Numbered from the stretch's first letter, positions 9,042 through 18,777 are shown. The stretch: DNA of 40,360 nucleotides from a virus (IMGVR_UViG_3300040769_000012:1-40360), one strand, 5' to 3'. Translations and numbers: made by a program. Notes: generated by a model not told the origin, from the sequence alone.

Positions 9042-9925
9042 TATTGTGTGTCGTCGTGTGTATCTCCCGGCATTCAGGCAATTCCCGGAGGTTCAGCGAG
9101 CTGCCAATGCCCAAGAATACCCCACCAAGCACCCGGCTTTCATTGAGGACCGGGTCATCACCCTTTCTGACATGACCTTTGATACACTTCAGGCGGATCT
9201 TAGGCTACTGGTAGCTTATGGTCTGTGGCCCGACATGGATCTGACTGATCCTAAGTATGATGTTCAAGTTTTTACTGTGGATAATACCAATGGAAATGAC
9301 TGACGCTTTGAATGACATGCTGTGCAGGATGGGATTCGAGGGAGATACCCTGCAAGTTACCGAGGGTGGGCTGTATGATCTGTGTATCATGGCCCACGGT
9401 AATGGTCATGAAATGACCCCACCTTGTGTGTATGGTGGGATCAATGAACCCAACCCGGAGTCAACCAGCCCGCGCTGGATTCGGAAGTATGCCATGGACC
9501 TTGAAGGAAACTGATATGTACCTTGTTTATGTGTATGATGGACCTAAGCTTGTGGAAACCATTGAATGCTCGTCTCTTAAGCAGGCCCGGATCTATGCGT
9601 CCCAGGCCAATGACAAGGGATACATTGCGGAGATTGCCTAATGCTTGAGCTTGTACACCACAAGAAACCAACCATGTATCATTCCGGGTACCGTGTCTAT
9701 AAGATTCATGGGATGGATGAGGTCCACCTTCGGGTTCGTATCAACAGACACAAGAATTACACGGAGAATACTTGGTATCGTGTTGCAACCTACGAGATTC
9801 TTGACTGGTCATCCAAGGATGATATCTTGTCGTCTGATTGGAGGAGCCTGCACCGAGATAAGGTGAAGGATCTTATGAAGGCTGAGGTTATCAGCATCCA
9901 AGCAATCCGAGAGGCCCTGAAATGA
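9034..9925 (+). CDS. Four small early hypothetical ORFs (9034-9303, ~9296-9514, 9516-9641, 9641-9925)
   Basis: Overlapping or abutting start/stop codons; phage-like codon usage. Confidence 0.65.
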
Positions 9926-10704
9926 AGTATCAGCCGGTCAATGTGTACTATGACAAGGACCTTAAGGAAGAAGTGACCGTTTACTTGGTCCATAGCCGCA
10001 AGTTTCACGTTTCCGGCAGCGGAATCCAGCAAGTCTTTCTCGATAACAACGCAAGGGTTGACGAGGATGGACAGTATGGATTCAAGCTGATCCAGTCCAA
10101 GGTTTACTGTGGCTTGTTTGATATCGGCCAAGTCCAAGCAAAGGCTGCTTATGACAGGCAGAAGCGTGCTTGGGAGGACGTCCAAGGCGGTCCCCCTACC
10201 TACGGGATGGTCAAGTTTGTTGTCCATAGCAGCACCGATCCCGATGCCGTGGATGGCTTTGAGATTTACTGGGGGTATGCCACTGGTATTGCTGATATGG
10301 ATAACAATCGTTGTGAGTATGACTCGGAGGAACTTGCGGATCTCTACCACGAATACGAAGGGGCCGTGGATAACTACAACCAAGCAATCAGCGACCTGCA
10401 AAGTGCAGCCGATGACCTTGACCACCTTGGTATTGCTGCCGATGTCCCGTGTGAAATAGACTGCATGGACTTTGAGGACTGGTGTGAGGAGAATGGCTAC
10501 GAGCTTCCCGAGAATCCCCTCCATAGTGGGGAGCTTGATGAGGTTATGGACCTGTCCCGCCAGGGATTGCAGCACGATCTCAAGCCCCTTGGATACAAGT
10601 ATCACCAAGACCGGGGATTCCGTGGGGATCTCCATCGGAATAACATTGGCTACTATGGTGGCCGTGCGGTAATCATTGACTTCGGTACGAATCTGGTTAG
10701 CTGA
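9922..10704 (+). CDS. Protein-kinase-like (PKL fold) protein, analogous to T7 gp0.7
   Basis: Gly loop VSGSG, FKL lysine strand, catalytic DLHRNN and metal-binding IIDFG motifs; early-region position. Confidence 0.75.
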   Translation: MKYQPVNVYYDKDLKEEVTVYLVHSRKFHVSGSGIQQVFLDNNARVDEDGQYGFKLIQSKVYCGLFDIGQVQAKAAYDRQKRAWEDVQGGPPTYGMVKFVVHSSTDPDAVDGFEIYWGYATGIADMDNNRCEYDSEELADLYHEYEGAVDNYNQAISDLQSAADDLDHLGIAADVPCEIDCMDFEDWCEENGYELPENPLHSGELDEVMDLSRQGLQHDLKPLGYKYHQDRGFRGDLHRNNIGYYGGRAVIIDFGTNLVS

Positions 10705-10714
10705 AAGGAATACA

Positions 10715-11117
10715 ATGGGACCCAAGGAAATCATGGGCTCTTTGGTTGAGCATTACAAGACGAACAGCCGTGGCATTAAGGATGGACAGGAAGGTACCTG
10801 TTCTTATCAGCGGGGGATGTGCTGTTGCCGTGGCTTGTGGGTTTAACAACACGCTGATCGGAATGGAAATGGATGGGTGGGGTGCGATCGGTGAGGTTTA
10901 CGACCATGTTACCCAGGATGGTGACGAGGATTTTGAGTTCCTGTTTTGGGAAATGTTCCTCCCCGAATACCGATATGAAAACATCCAGTTCTGGGAGGCA
11001 GTCCAAGCTTGGCACGACGAGCCTGAATACTGGATTAAGAATGACATCGGTGGCTATACCCTGAGTAGGGCTGGTCGTAACCGAATGGATGAAATTCTCG
11101 ACTCTTTCCCCGGCTGA
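10715..11117 (+). pseudogene. Frameshifted paralog B1 (shift at G5 run 10812-10816)
   Basis: AAGGA RBS plus ATG 10715 reads ...RGIKDGQEGTCSYQRG and continues in the +1 frame as CAVAVACGF.... Both halves align to the intact paralog 13050-13466. Confidence 0.75.
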
Positions 11118-11136
11118 GTGATACTCGGCATGGGTT

Positions 11137-11209
11137 GCCCCCATAGCTCAGTGGCTAGAGCAGCAGGCTTTTAACCTGTAGGTCGTAGGTTCGAATCCTA
11201 CTGGGGGTA
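11137..11209 (+). tRNA. tRNA-Lys(UUU)
   Basis: Cloverleaf; anticodon loop CTTTTAA; GTTCGAATC T loop; no encoded CCA. Confidence 0.95.
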
Positions 11210-11229
11210 TTACCTTTGGAGTTTACGCC

Positions 11230-11712
11230 ATGTTTTACCGTGACTATCACCCGATGGATCATCGCTCTACCCACCAAGGATACAGGAACTCTGAGATTCT
11301 CCTTAGTGCAGGCAAGGATCTGGCTAAGGATATTGACATGCGGTTTGGACAAGACGAGTTCAATAGTCCCGAGTATTGGTTCCTTGCTGTGGATGGTTCA
11401 TCTGCTAGCATGGCAACCGCAGTCTCCCTGCACCTTAAGCATACCAGGATCTTCACGACATCCAAGTATTTCCCCCCGGACATTCTGACTGGTGAGGGTC
11501 TGAGTAGAATGCGTGGATACCTTGAGTACCCCAATACTAAGATCCTCTTTGTTGATGACTACTATTGTGATGGCCGTGCCTTGAGCTATGCCAAAGCTTT
11601 GATTGCCCACCTGATTCCCGATGGATACTTGGATTATTACGGTATCATCAAGGCTGGTTCCTGCCTTGATCCCAACCAATACCCGTTTCATACTACGGTT
11701 TTGACTGACTGA
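11230..11712 (+). CDS. Phosphoribosyltransferase-like protein
   Basis: KILFVDDYYCDGRAL resembles the type I PRTase PRPP-binding loop (hhVDDhhxTG). Confidence 0.6.
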   Translation: MFYRDYHPMDHRSTHQGYRNSEILLSAGKDLAKDIDMRFGQDEFNSPEYWFLAVDGSSASMATAVSLHLKHTRIFTTSKYFPPDILTGEGLSRMRGYLEYPNTKILFVDDYYCDGRALSYAKALIAHLIPDGYLDYYGIIKAGSCLDPNQYPFHTTVLTD

Positions 11713-11719
11713 TTCATAG

Positions 11720-11802
11720 GCCCACGTGGTGAAACCAGGTAAACACATCGAGTTTAAGCCTCGACGCCGTTAGGCTTGTGGGTTCGAATCCCACCGTGGG
11801 TA
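11720..11802 (+). tRNA. tRNA-Leu(UAA)
   Basis: GCCCACG/CGTGGGT acceptor, TCGAG-TTTAAGC-CTCGA anticodon arm, long variable arm, T arm. Confidence 0.93.
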
Positions 11803-11821
11803 TTATCTTTGGAGACTAAGT

Positions 11822-12206
11822 ATGACCTGGGGAATCTACATTAAGAAGCATGACTCTTGGTTGCTGGATGGACATGACAAGCTAAAGGATGGTACTTGGA
11901 AACCTAAGATGTCCAAGTATAAGACAAAGAAGGCAGCCACTAATGATTGTTCTTGGTTGAACAAGCTGCACAAGGAAGAACTATACAAACCTAAAAGGAT
12001 TACCAATGGACCGTGAGGGTATTGCCGAGCTACTGTATGAGCATGATCTGGTGCAAGATTACACCACTTGTGGCTGGGTTCAACGTGACGGTGAATGGAT
12101 CACCCTTTCTACTGTGTATAACGAATACCTTGAGCAGTATCGCCAAGGTATCCTGAGTGTGAACATGCTACTTGCCAATGTGTTTGAGGAGATTGCCTGT
12201 GTCTGA
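11822..12206 (+). CDS. Two small hypothetical ORFs (11822-12016, 12006-12206)
   Basis: RBS motifs and overlapping ends. Confidence 0.65.
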
Positions 12207-13053
12207 TCTTGATTTTACCGTGTCCGTCGAGCCCACCTTTGTTCGCGTCAATGGCATGGAACATGCCGGTCCCAATGTAACCGTCCGCCAGGATACCGGG
12301 GATGTGCTTGGTGTTGTTGCCGAGAACTACCCGGTGTGCCAGAACTCTGAGTTGTTTGATCTGGCCGAGACTTGTGGCATGGGCATTGAGCGTACCCTGA
12401 TGACCCACAATGGGGCCAAGGTTGCCCTGCTTCTGAAGGACAATGGGTTTACCCTACCGGGTGACGACAAGACTTTTAACTACATGTACCTGTACAATGG
12501 ACACGATGGTAAGACTGCCCTTGGATGTGCCGGTACCAATGTCCGTGTGTTCTGTATGAACCAGCACAATCTGGTCATGAAGAATGCCGTGGCAACCGAG
12601 CGTATTATCCACAGTGGAGACTGGGATACCAAGATGGTTGGATTCCAGAAGGCCCTTGACTCTTTCAATGTCAATGCCCAGCGGTTTGAGAAGCAAGCCC
12701 GCCGCCTTGCCAGTGTGCCTGTTTCTATGTCGGATGTCATGCAGTTCTACCGTGAATCCTATGCCCTGATTAACAAGAAGTATCCTGATACCACCACGGA
12801 GGACATCGGTAAGTTTGCCATGTGTTCCGCCAAGTGGCAGGAAACTCTGGAGACTGAGCTACAGGAGCAGAATGTTGGGGCCAATCTGTGGCACCTTGCC
12901 AACAGTGTGACCTATACCATCCAGCATTCTGTTGCCAAGCGTGGCCGTAAGGCTGACCCCTCGGTGCGTGCTTGGGACAATGCCCTTGGATCTCGTGCCA
13001 AGCAGAGCAGTTCCATTATGAGTCTGGCTAACACTTATGCGGAGAGCCTGTGA
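12199..13053 (+). CDS. DUF932/DUF945-family phage protein
   Basis: VRQDTGDVLGVV..Y.VCQN, NGHDG, VRVFCMN and LWHLANSVT motifs; GTG start after GAGGAG. Confidence 0.8.
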   Translation: MSDLDFTVSVEPTFVRVNGMEHAGPNVTVRQDTGDVLGVVAENYPVCQNSELFDLAETCGMGIERTLMTHNGAKVALLLKDNGFTLPGDDKTFNYMYLYNGHDGKTALGCAGTNVRVFCMNQHNLVMKNAVATERIIHSGDWDTKMVGFQKALDSFNVNAQRFEKQARRLASVPVSMSDVMQFYRESYALINKKYPDTTTEDIGKFAMCSAKWQETLETELQEQNVGANLWHLANSVTYTIQHSVAKRGRKADPSVRAWDNALGSRAKQSSSIMSLANTYAESL

Positions 13054-13466
13054 TGTCTGAAAACGAGAAGGCCCTTGATGTCCTTGACCGTATGCTGGCG
13101 TACTATGCAGAGAACAAGCGGGGTGTGGGTGCAAACACTGCTGCATGTTCGTATACCAACGGCTGTGCTGTGGCTTGGGCCTGTGGGTTCAGCGACACGG
13201 CTAAGGATTGGGATAGATTCGTGGATGACTCCAGCATTGAGACTGTGTTTAATCGCATTGGTGCTTCTTTCTTTGACACTCTGCTGCCAGAGAATCGGAT
13301 CGAGGACATTAGGTTTTGGATCAAGATGCAGGATCTTCACGACAGCACCAACCATTGGGATCCTGTGTGGAACGAAAGCGAGACTGAGGTTCTTGGTAAT
13401 ATTCTGACCGACATGGGCCAGGAAAAGGTCGAGGAAATCAAGTACTATATTGCAAACAACCTGTGA
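13050..13466 (+). CDS. Hypothetical protein, intact paralog B2
   Basis: CSYxxGCAVAWACGF...LLPE..FW..MQ..HD..W shared with 10715-11117. Confidence 0.8.
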   Translation: MMSENEKALDVLDRMLAYYAENKRGVGANTAACSYTNGCAVAWACGFSDTAKDWDRFVDDSSIETVFNRIGASFFDTLLPENRIEDIRFWIKMQDLHDSTNHWDPVWNESETEVLGNILTDMGQEKVEEIKYYIANNL

Positions 13467-13471
13467 TTTCA

Positions 13472-13584
13472 GGGCGTCCGTAAAGTGCCAATACTGGCAA
13501 CTATATCGTCAATTCGCCCATAAAGCGACAGAATTGGCACCACAAAGTGGGCCGGAACTCTTGGTTCAAATCCAAGCGCAGACA
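13472..13584 (+). ncRNA. Structured tRNA-like ncRNA candidate
   Basis: Intergenic; hairpins TGCCA-ATAC-TGGCA, GTCAATTC...GAATTGGC and CCAC-AAA-GTGG, then a T arm CTTGG-TTCAAAT-CCAAG. No clean acceptor stem. Confidence 0.55.
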
Positions 13585-13607
13585 TTTGTTCTATTCAAAG
13601 GAAACCA

Positions 13608-14106
13608 ATGATGAAAAAGTATTTCCGTAAGTGGCTGAACCCCGAGGGACGTGCCCATATCGAAAGCAGTGGGTATGACCTGAACATTGGGGACTGTGGT
13701 CGTACTATCTACCTTGAATTTGACACACCCTATAGCTACATTCAGGAGAAGCTGACCCCTTCCCAGCTTCGTGCTGTTCGAGCAGCACACAAGGCCAACC
13801 TTAAGAAGCTTGGTATTATCCGCGAAGCCTTGGACTTTGTGGAGGATACCCTGACCAATGGCTACAACGAAATGCAGGAGCGACAGCATGGTACCAAGAA
13901 GTGAGAAGCAAGCATACCAGTATCTCCGCCGTGACATCAAGCTGCATCGTAACTACCTGCAATGGAGGCAAACCTTTCTCCGGGATGTGATTGCTGGTGG
14001 TAAGGATTACATGCAGTATACCAACGCTGCCCAGGAGATCCAGCGAATCCGTGAGACCATTGGACTGATGGATACTCTTCTTCACTCTAGTAAGATTGGA
14101 CCGTGA
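13608..14106 (+). CDS. Two hypothetical ORFs (13608-13904, ~13888-14106)
   Basis: RBS motifs, overlapping ends. Confidence 0.65.
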
Positions 14107-14435
14107 TGGACATTGAAAAGTATCGCAAAGGTAGGCAAGTGGCTGTGCTTTACTCCCCGAGATATGGGGCGGGGTGGACCAGTTGGAATGAAACTTATAA
14201 GACCTTTCTGGCTATGGACAAGGGCTTGGTTGAACTGGTCTTAAACGAGGCTTCTAGGGAGGAGGTAGATAAGTACATCAAGGACAAGCTTGGTCCTGAT
14301 TCTTATGTCTATACTGGTGGATGGCGTGACATTGCCATTGAATGGCTGACCGAGGGTACTGCCTTCCGTATCACCGAGTATGACGGCTATGAGCAGATCG
14401 AACTTGGCGGCGAAGTAGATTGGATGGTTACCTGA
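14103..14435 (+). CDS. Conserved phage hypothetical protein
   Basis: VAVLYSPxYGAGWxSWN...FRIxEYDGxE motif, familiar from many phage hypothetical proteins. Confidence 0.75.
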   Translation: MMDIEKYRKGRQVAVLYSPRYGAGWTSWNETYKTFLAMDKGLVELVLNEASREEVDKYIKDKLGPDSYVYTGGWRDIAIEWLTEGTAFRITEYDGYEQIELGGEVDWMVT

Positions 14436-14457
14436 GCGTAGCTCGGCACGGGCCGTT

Positions 14458-14530
14458 GCCCCGTTAGCTTAGTGGATAGAGCATTGGACTTCTAATCCAA
14501 CGGTCGGGGGTTCGAATCCCTCACGGGGTG
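14458..14530 (+). tRNA. tRNA-Arg(UCU)
   Basis: Cloverleaf; TTGGA-CTTCTAA-TCCAA anticodon arm. Confidence 0.95.
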
Positions 14531-14555
14531 TTAGTTCTAACTAAAGGATACAAAG

Positions 14556-15517
14556 ATGAACATTAAGCACAACGATGCGTACGATGATGGTATTGGAATC
14601 TTTACTTATGGCCTGACCCAGGCCCAGCAGGAGGCCGTGGACATGGCACTGAATAACCTTCCCATCCTTAAGACCAATGCAAAGTTTCGCTGCAACACTG
14701 CCCTTAATGACTACCTCTATGTGGATACCAAGGAGCCAGACACTGCCGTGTTTCAGTGTCTGCTAAAGGGGGAGACAAACCTTGAGCTTACCAAGTCTGT
14801 GATCCTTCAACGTCAAAGTATCATCGAGCTTCGGGATATGCTGAATGTTTGCCTTGGAGAATACGAATGACTAAGAACCCTATGACCCACAAGATGTTGG
14901 AAATGATGTACGGTGACCTAGCATTTACTGCGTGGTACCGTGACAACGGTCTGATGTACTTGGATATTGAAACGTCTTATGACTCGGACGATGGGTGGTG
15001 TGATAACACTGCCTCGGTAACTCTGGATCCTAAGGAAATTATCCAGCTTCGAGACTGGTTGAATGAGATCATGGGAGACCGATGAAATACGCAATGGAAT
15101 GCCATGAAGGAACGCTTGGGTGGCACTTGACTATTGGAGGCCTGGTTTGCCTGTCTTGTTCCGATGTCTATGAGTATGCTGCTGTGTATATGACACTGGA
15201 TGATGCCCTAGAATTCTATGAGAGCTTCGGCAGCTTACTAGAACGCATGGCTAAGGAGTCCAAAGATGACTGAACACCGTGTATACTGCGTGTCCCGATA
15301 CGGACAGCCCCGGTATGTAGCCCAGCATGGACCCCATGAGTTCTCTATGTATGGAGACTCAAGGTATTGCAGGGGAGGCGAAGGGTTCTTTGACTTTGAG
15401 GGTGGTCCCTTCATTGCTGTGGGTGATACCTTCATGGATGACAGGGTAATCACTAGGATCGAGCCCCGAGAGAATGGACAACTGTGGATTTATACCAAGG
15501 AGAACGAGAATGGATAA
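14556..15517 (+). CDS. Four small hypothetical ORFs (14556-14870, ~14867-15085, 15082-15273, 15266-15517)
   Basis: ATGA-type overlaps and RBS motifs. Confidence 0.65.
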
Positions 15518-15629
15518 GGATTCGGTTAAGGTCATTGCTGTATTTGCGGGTGTTGTGCTGGCAAACATTGCATGGGTTGCTTTTGTGATCTTTATGATCG
15601 CGCTGGCGGTGAAGTGGGTGATTGGCTGA
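15510..15629 (+). CDS. 39-aa single-pass membrane peptide (not in ORF track)
   Basis: AAGGAG RBS; MDKDSVKVIAVFAGVVLANIAWVAFVIFMIALAVKWVIG. Confidence 0.65.
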   Translation: MDKDSVKVIAVFAGVVLANIAWVAFVIFMIALAVKWVIG

Positions 15630-15635
15630 GATCGC

Positions 15636-15654
15636 AAAGTACCCCCTGATACCG
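15636..15654 (+). promoter_or_regulatory. Putative phage RNAP promoter (copy 2)
   Basis: AAAGTACCCCCTGATACCG; 18/19 identical to 23170-23188; intergenic. Confidence 0.65.
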
Positions 15655-15670
15655 TAGGTAGCCTAGCACC

Positions 15671-15865
15671 ATGTATTATTATTACAAGGATACAACCATG
15701 GATGAAGTACAAGAAGATATCAAGGATATGACTGAGGAAGAGTTTGAGACCTGGGTAGACCAGATGTATGAGGACTGGGCTATTGCCATGGGCTTGGATG
15801 ACCTTGGTGATCCCAAGGACAAGTGGCTGTATACTGATTTTGAAGATGGAGATTACGTTGTCTGA
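15671..15865 (+). CDS. Very acidic small protein
   Basis: About one third D/E; directly downstream of promoter copy 2; start may be 15698. Confidence 0.7.
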   Translation: MYYYYKDTTMDEVQEDIKDMTEEEFETWVDQMYEDWAIAMGLDDLGDPKDKWLYTDFEDGDYVV

Positions 15866-18041
15866 ACAACCAAGCTTGGAGGCAATCATGGAAGCTATCA
15901 CCCGGTTTGATGAGTATGTTGCTGGCAATCTGTCCGAGGATGAGCTGTCTGCCTTGCTTACTGCCCTTGGATTGTATGGTATTGAACCCAACAGTGATAC
16001 TGTTCATGGTCCCGGCGGGGCTGGCCATGATGCTGGAGATGAGACGCGATGAACGAAGAGGATTATCTGGAACAGCTTGGTGCCGACGTGGACGATGACC
16101 ACCGATGAAACGATACGACATTGATCTATGCGAAACGTGGGAGCACCCGGAAGGCGGTTGGGTACGCTACGAAGACGTTGCCACCCTGAAGGAGGACCGC
16201 GACCGCCTCGCCACAGCCGTAGATCTAATGAAGCAAAAAGCACGCATCATTGAGGCCGAAGCCTCGGCGGTCATGGACTTCATCAGTGACCGATACGGCC
16301 TGTCGGTTCGGGCAGAAGCCTGGAGCTATGCACAACAATCCGTTGCCAAAGCCGCAGCGTCCGCCGAGGGAGGCGAGTGATGAAGACTTACTGGTACGAA
16401 TGTCAAGAGCGGGCAATGGCTCCTGGTGTGGCTGATGGTTGGCCTAAGATCATCCCAGCACCGCACACACCAAATGGACGGCTTGTGCGACAAGAATCAC
16501 CCACTCCCAATGAGGTCGCCGCAGTCGCGGCACGCGGCGTGGAGCGGGGGATTGAAATGGTGCGACACCAGATCCATGAGATGCGTCTTCACAAGTCAAC
16601 CGATGCTGAGGACGCCTGCGACCGAGCCCTCGCCGCGTTCCGAGCCGAGGCCGAGGGAGGTGTGGCGTGAGTGACGATCAAGACCAGAAGGCGTGGGAAG
16701 GTTGGGTTGAAGTTGGCGACGAGCTTCAAGAGTTGCGTGCCCGCCTCCGCGAGCAGGTCAAAAACAGTTTTGGCTACCAAAGTAAGAGTCCGTGCGAGGT
16801 GTGTGGTCAGCACAAGAACAACCAGCAGGAACCTCGCTTCTTGTACGTCGTGTGCGAGGACCATCAGCATGTCCCGCCGAATCAGATCCAGGAGCAACAA
16901 CGATGAATACAAGGAAACCGCGTGAGAAGAGGATCGACGCCATCGAAATAGCCCCCCGAGAACGGCTGGGCCAGTCGCCAGACCAGGAGCAGGACCGATG
17001 AACCATTCGGAAACTCCGAACAGTTGCCCGACCCCCGACCAGATCCGAGCCGACGCCAAGATGCTGAAGGCATGGGCGTCGATACCCAACATTAGCAAGC
17101 AGCACACCGCATACCTCGGACGCTCCGCCGCTTGCCTACTGGCGTTGGCGGACTACCTCGAACACGCAGTCGATGACGTGACGGAATGCGTCGAGCTTCA
17201 CCACTCAACGATCACCAACGACATCACCCGCCACCTCGATGCAATCAACAACAAGGAGCAGGACCAGTGACTCTGTTCTACGTCGAACGAGCAAGACCAA
17301 ACATTAATCCGCCATGCTGAAGAGGCTTATTAACTTTATAAAAAGCTTTGGTAAAGGCGACGGTCTGATCGCGCCGCCGGACTTATCTGTGAAGTTGTCC
17401 AACCGTGACTACATCCGTGACTGTAATTGGCTTTACTCAGAGACTTACTGCTTGGGTCCTAAGCACGGGTGGCTTTATCACTTTGACACAAACCAAAAGG
17501 AAACAAACATGAAGATTGGCGACATCGTTACGAATGACAAAGGCGAGAAGGTTCGCATCACTGGTATCCAAACCGAGCCCGTGGTTACCCTGAATGTTGG
17601 GGACACCGTATACAGCAAGGACGGTCGGGAGTTTCGTGTAATCTTTCTACCCAGGACGGCTCAGATTGCCGGGCCTGCGAAGAATGCTTATACGGTAATT
17701 GGTGTGCGTGATTACACGGTGTATGCCAACACGTACTTCTATTGCTTAGATGCTCTTTGGACCTACCTTAGGTCCTGTGGATACACCAAGGGATGAAGAA
17801 AGACAAGAAGGCAATCGAGCAAGCATGCTCCGTCCTGGAGCAGCAAGTACCTGATCCCATGTTCTTATTTCGTGGTGGCCTGTTCATGGGTATCCCCTTT
17901 GAACACTACCCGTTCACGGCCCAGCAAAGAATCGTGGCCTACTATTACTCGGAGTTGCACACCCAGCTAGAGAATACTATGGTTGAGTATGCCAAGTCTC
18001 TGGACGCTGATGGTGTGTCCGAGACGGACGAGGAAGAATAA
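15846..18041 (+). CDS. Cluster of hypothetical ORFs (15846-16052, 16105-16380, 16377-16670, 16667-16906, 16998-17270, 17314-17796, 17793-18041)
   Basis: Coupled ATGA/GTGA overlaps; 16667-16906 has a CxxC...CxxH zinc-finger-like pattern. Confidence 0.65.
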
Positions 18042-18103
18042 GTAACAGCTATGCCCCTTAGGTGGGGGCACGCCGCCCCCTTAGCTGAGCGAAGCTCGGC
18101 CAA

Positions 18104-18176
18104 GCCCTCTTAGCTCAGTGGCTAGAGCAGTCGCCTTGTAAGCGACAGGTCGTCGGTTCGAATCCGACAGGGGGCT
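18104..18176 (+). tRNA. tRNA-Thr(UGU)
   Basis: Cloverleaf; GTCGC-CTTGTAA-GCGAC. Confidence 0.95.
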
Positions 18177-18194
18177 TTAACAAAGGAGATACAT

Positions 18195-18312
18195 ATGACT
18201 GAGAAAAGAACTGCTGTTTGATCTGTTGGACCAGGACATGATTACCGATTAGGGATACAGAGAGAAAGTTCTGTTTGCCCTGCACGAGGCGGAGATTATC
18301 TTAGACAAATGA
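18195..18312 (+). pseudogene. Decayed small ORF (extra A at 18204-18207, in-frame TAG at 18250)
   Basis: Strong AAGGAG RBS; the repaired frame gives MTEKELLFDLLDQDMITD*GYREKVLFALHEAEIILDK, and its TGA overlaps the next ATG. Confidence 0.5.
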
Positions 18313-18770
18313 CAGACCTAGAAACAATCCAAGCAATTATGAACCGTGCTGGTATTGGGTACGATGTCTCGCCCATTATGGAGTACACTGACGGCCAGTA
18401 TATCAAGACATTAAGAACTCAGCTAGAGTTTGTTGCAAAGGACCACGATAAAGTTGATGGCTACGGTGGCTTTACCACGCAGCTACGGTTCAACCGTGAC
18501 GGCAGCCTTGACTCAATGGAAATCTGGGAGTAAACTATGGACATCAATGATCTTATCTCGTCGGCTATTGAGAATGCAATTAACGACGCTATCGACAGCC
18601 TTGTTTATGATGCTGAGATTCGTGTGACTACAGGCGATGCCAACTCTTGTGATCGGTGGGACGATTCGGTAGTTGTGGACAGCAACAGTAGATACTTCTT
18701 TATTGATAGGAACTACGGCGACTCACACGCAATCTTTATCTCTAGCAAACTGTTTGGTGTAACTGAATAA
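18309..18770 (+). CDS. Two hypothetical ORFs (18309-18533, 18537-18770)
   Basis: Abutting ORFs with phage-like codon usage. Confidence 0.65.
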
Positions 18771-18777
18771 ACCTAAG

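Noticed and set aside
18250-18252. Genome-wide amber (TAG) reassignment
   Set aside because: Single case in an already frameshifted ORF; core genes are intact in the standard code and no suppressor tRNA was seen.
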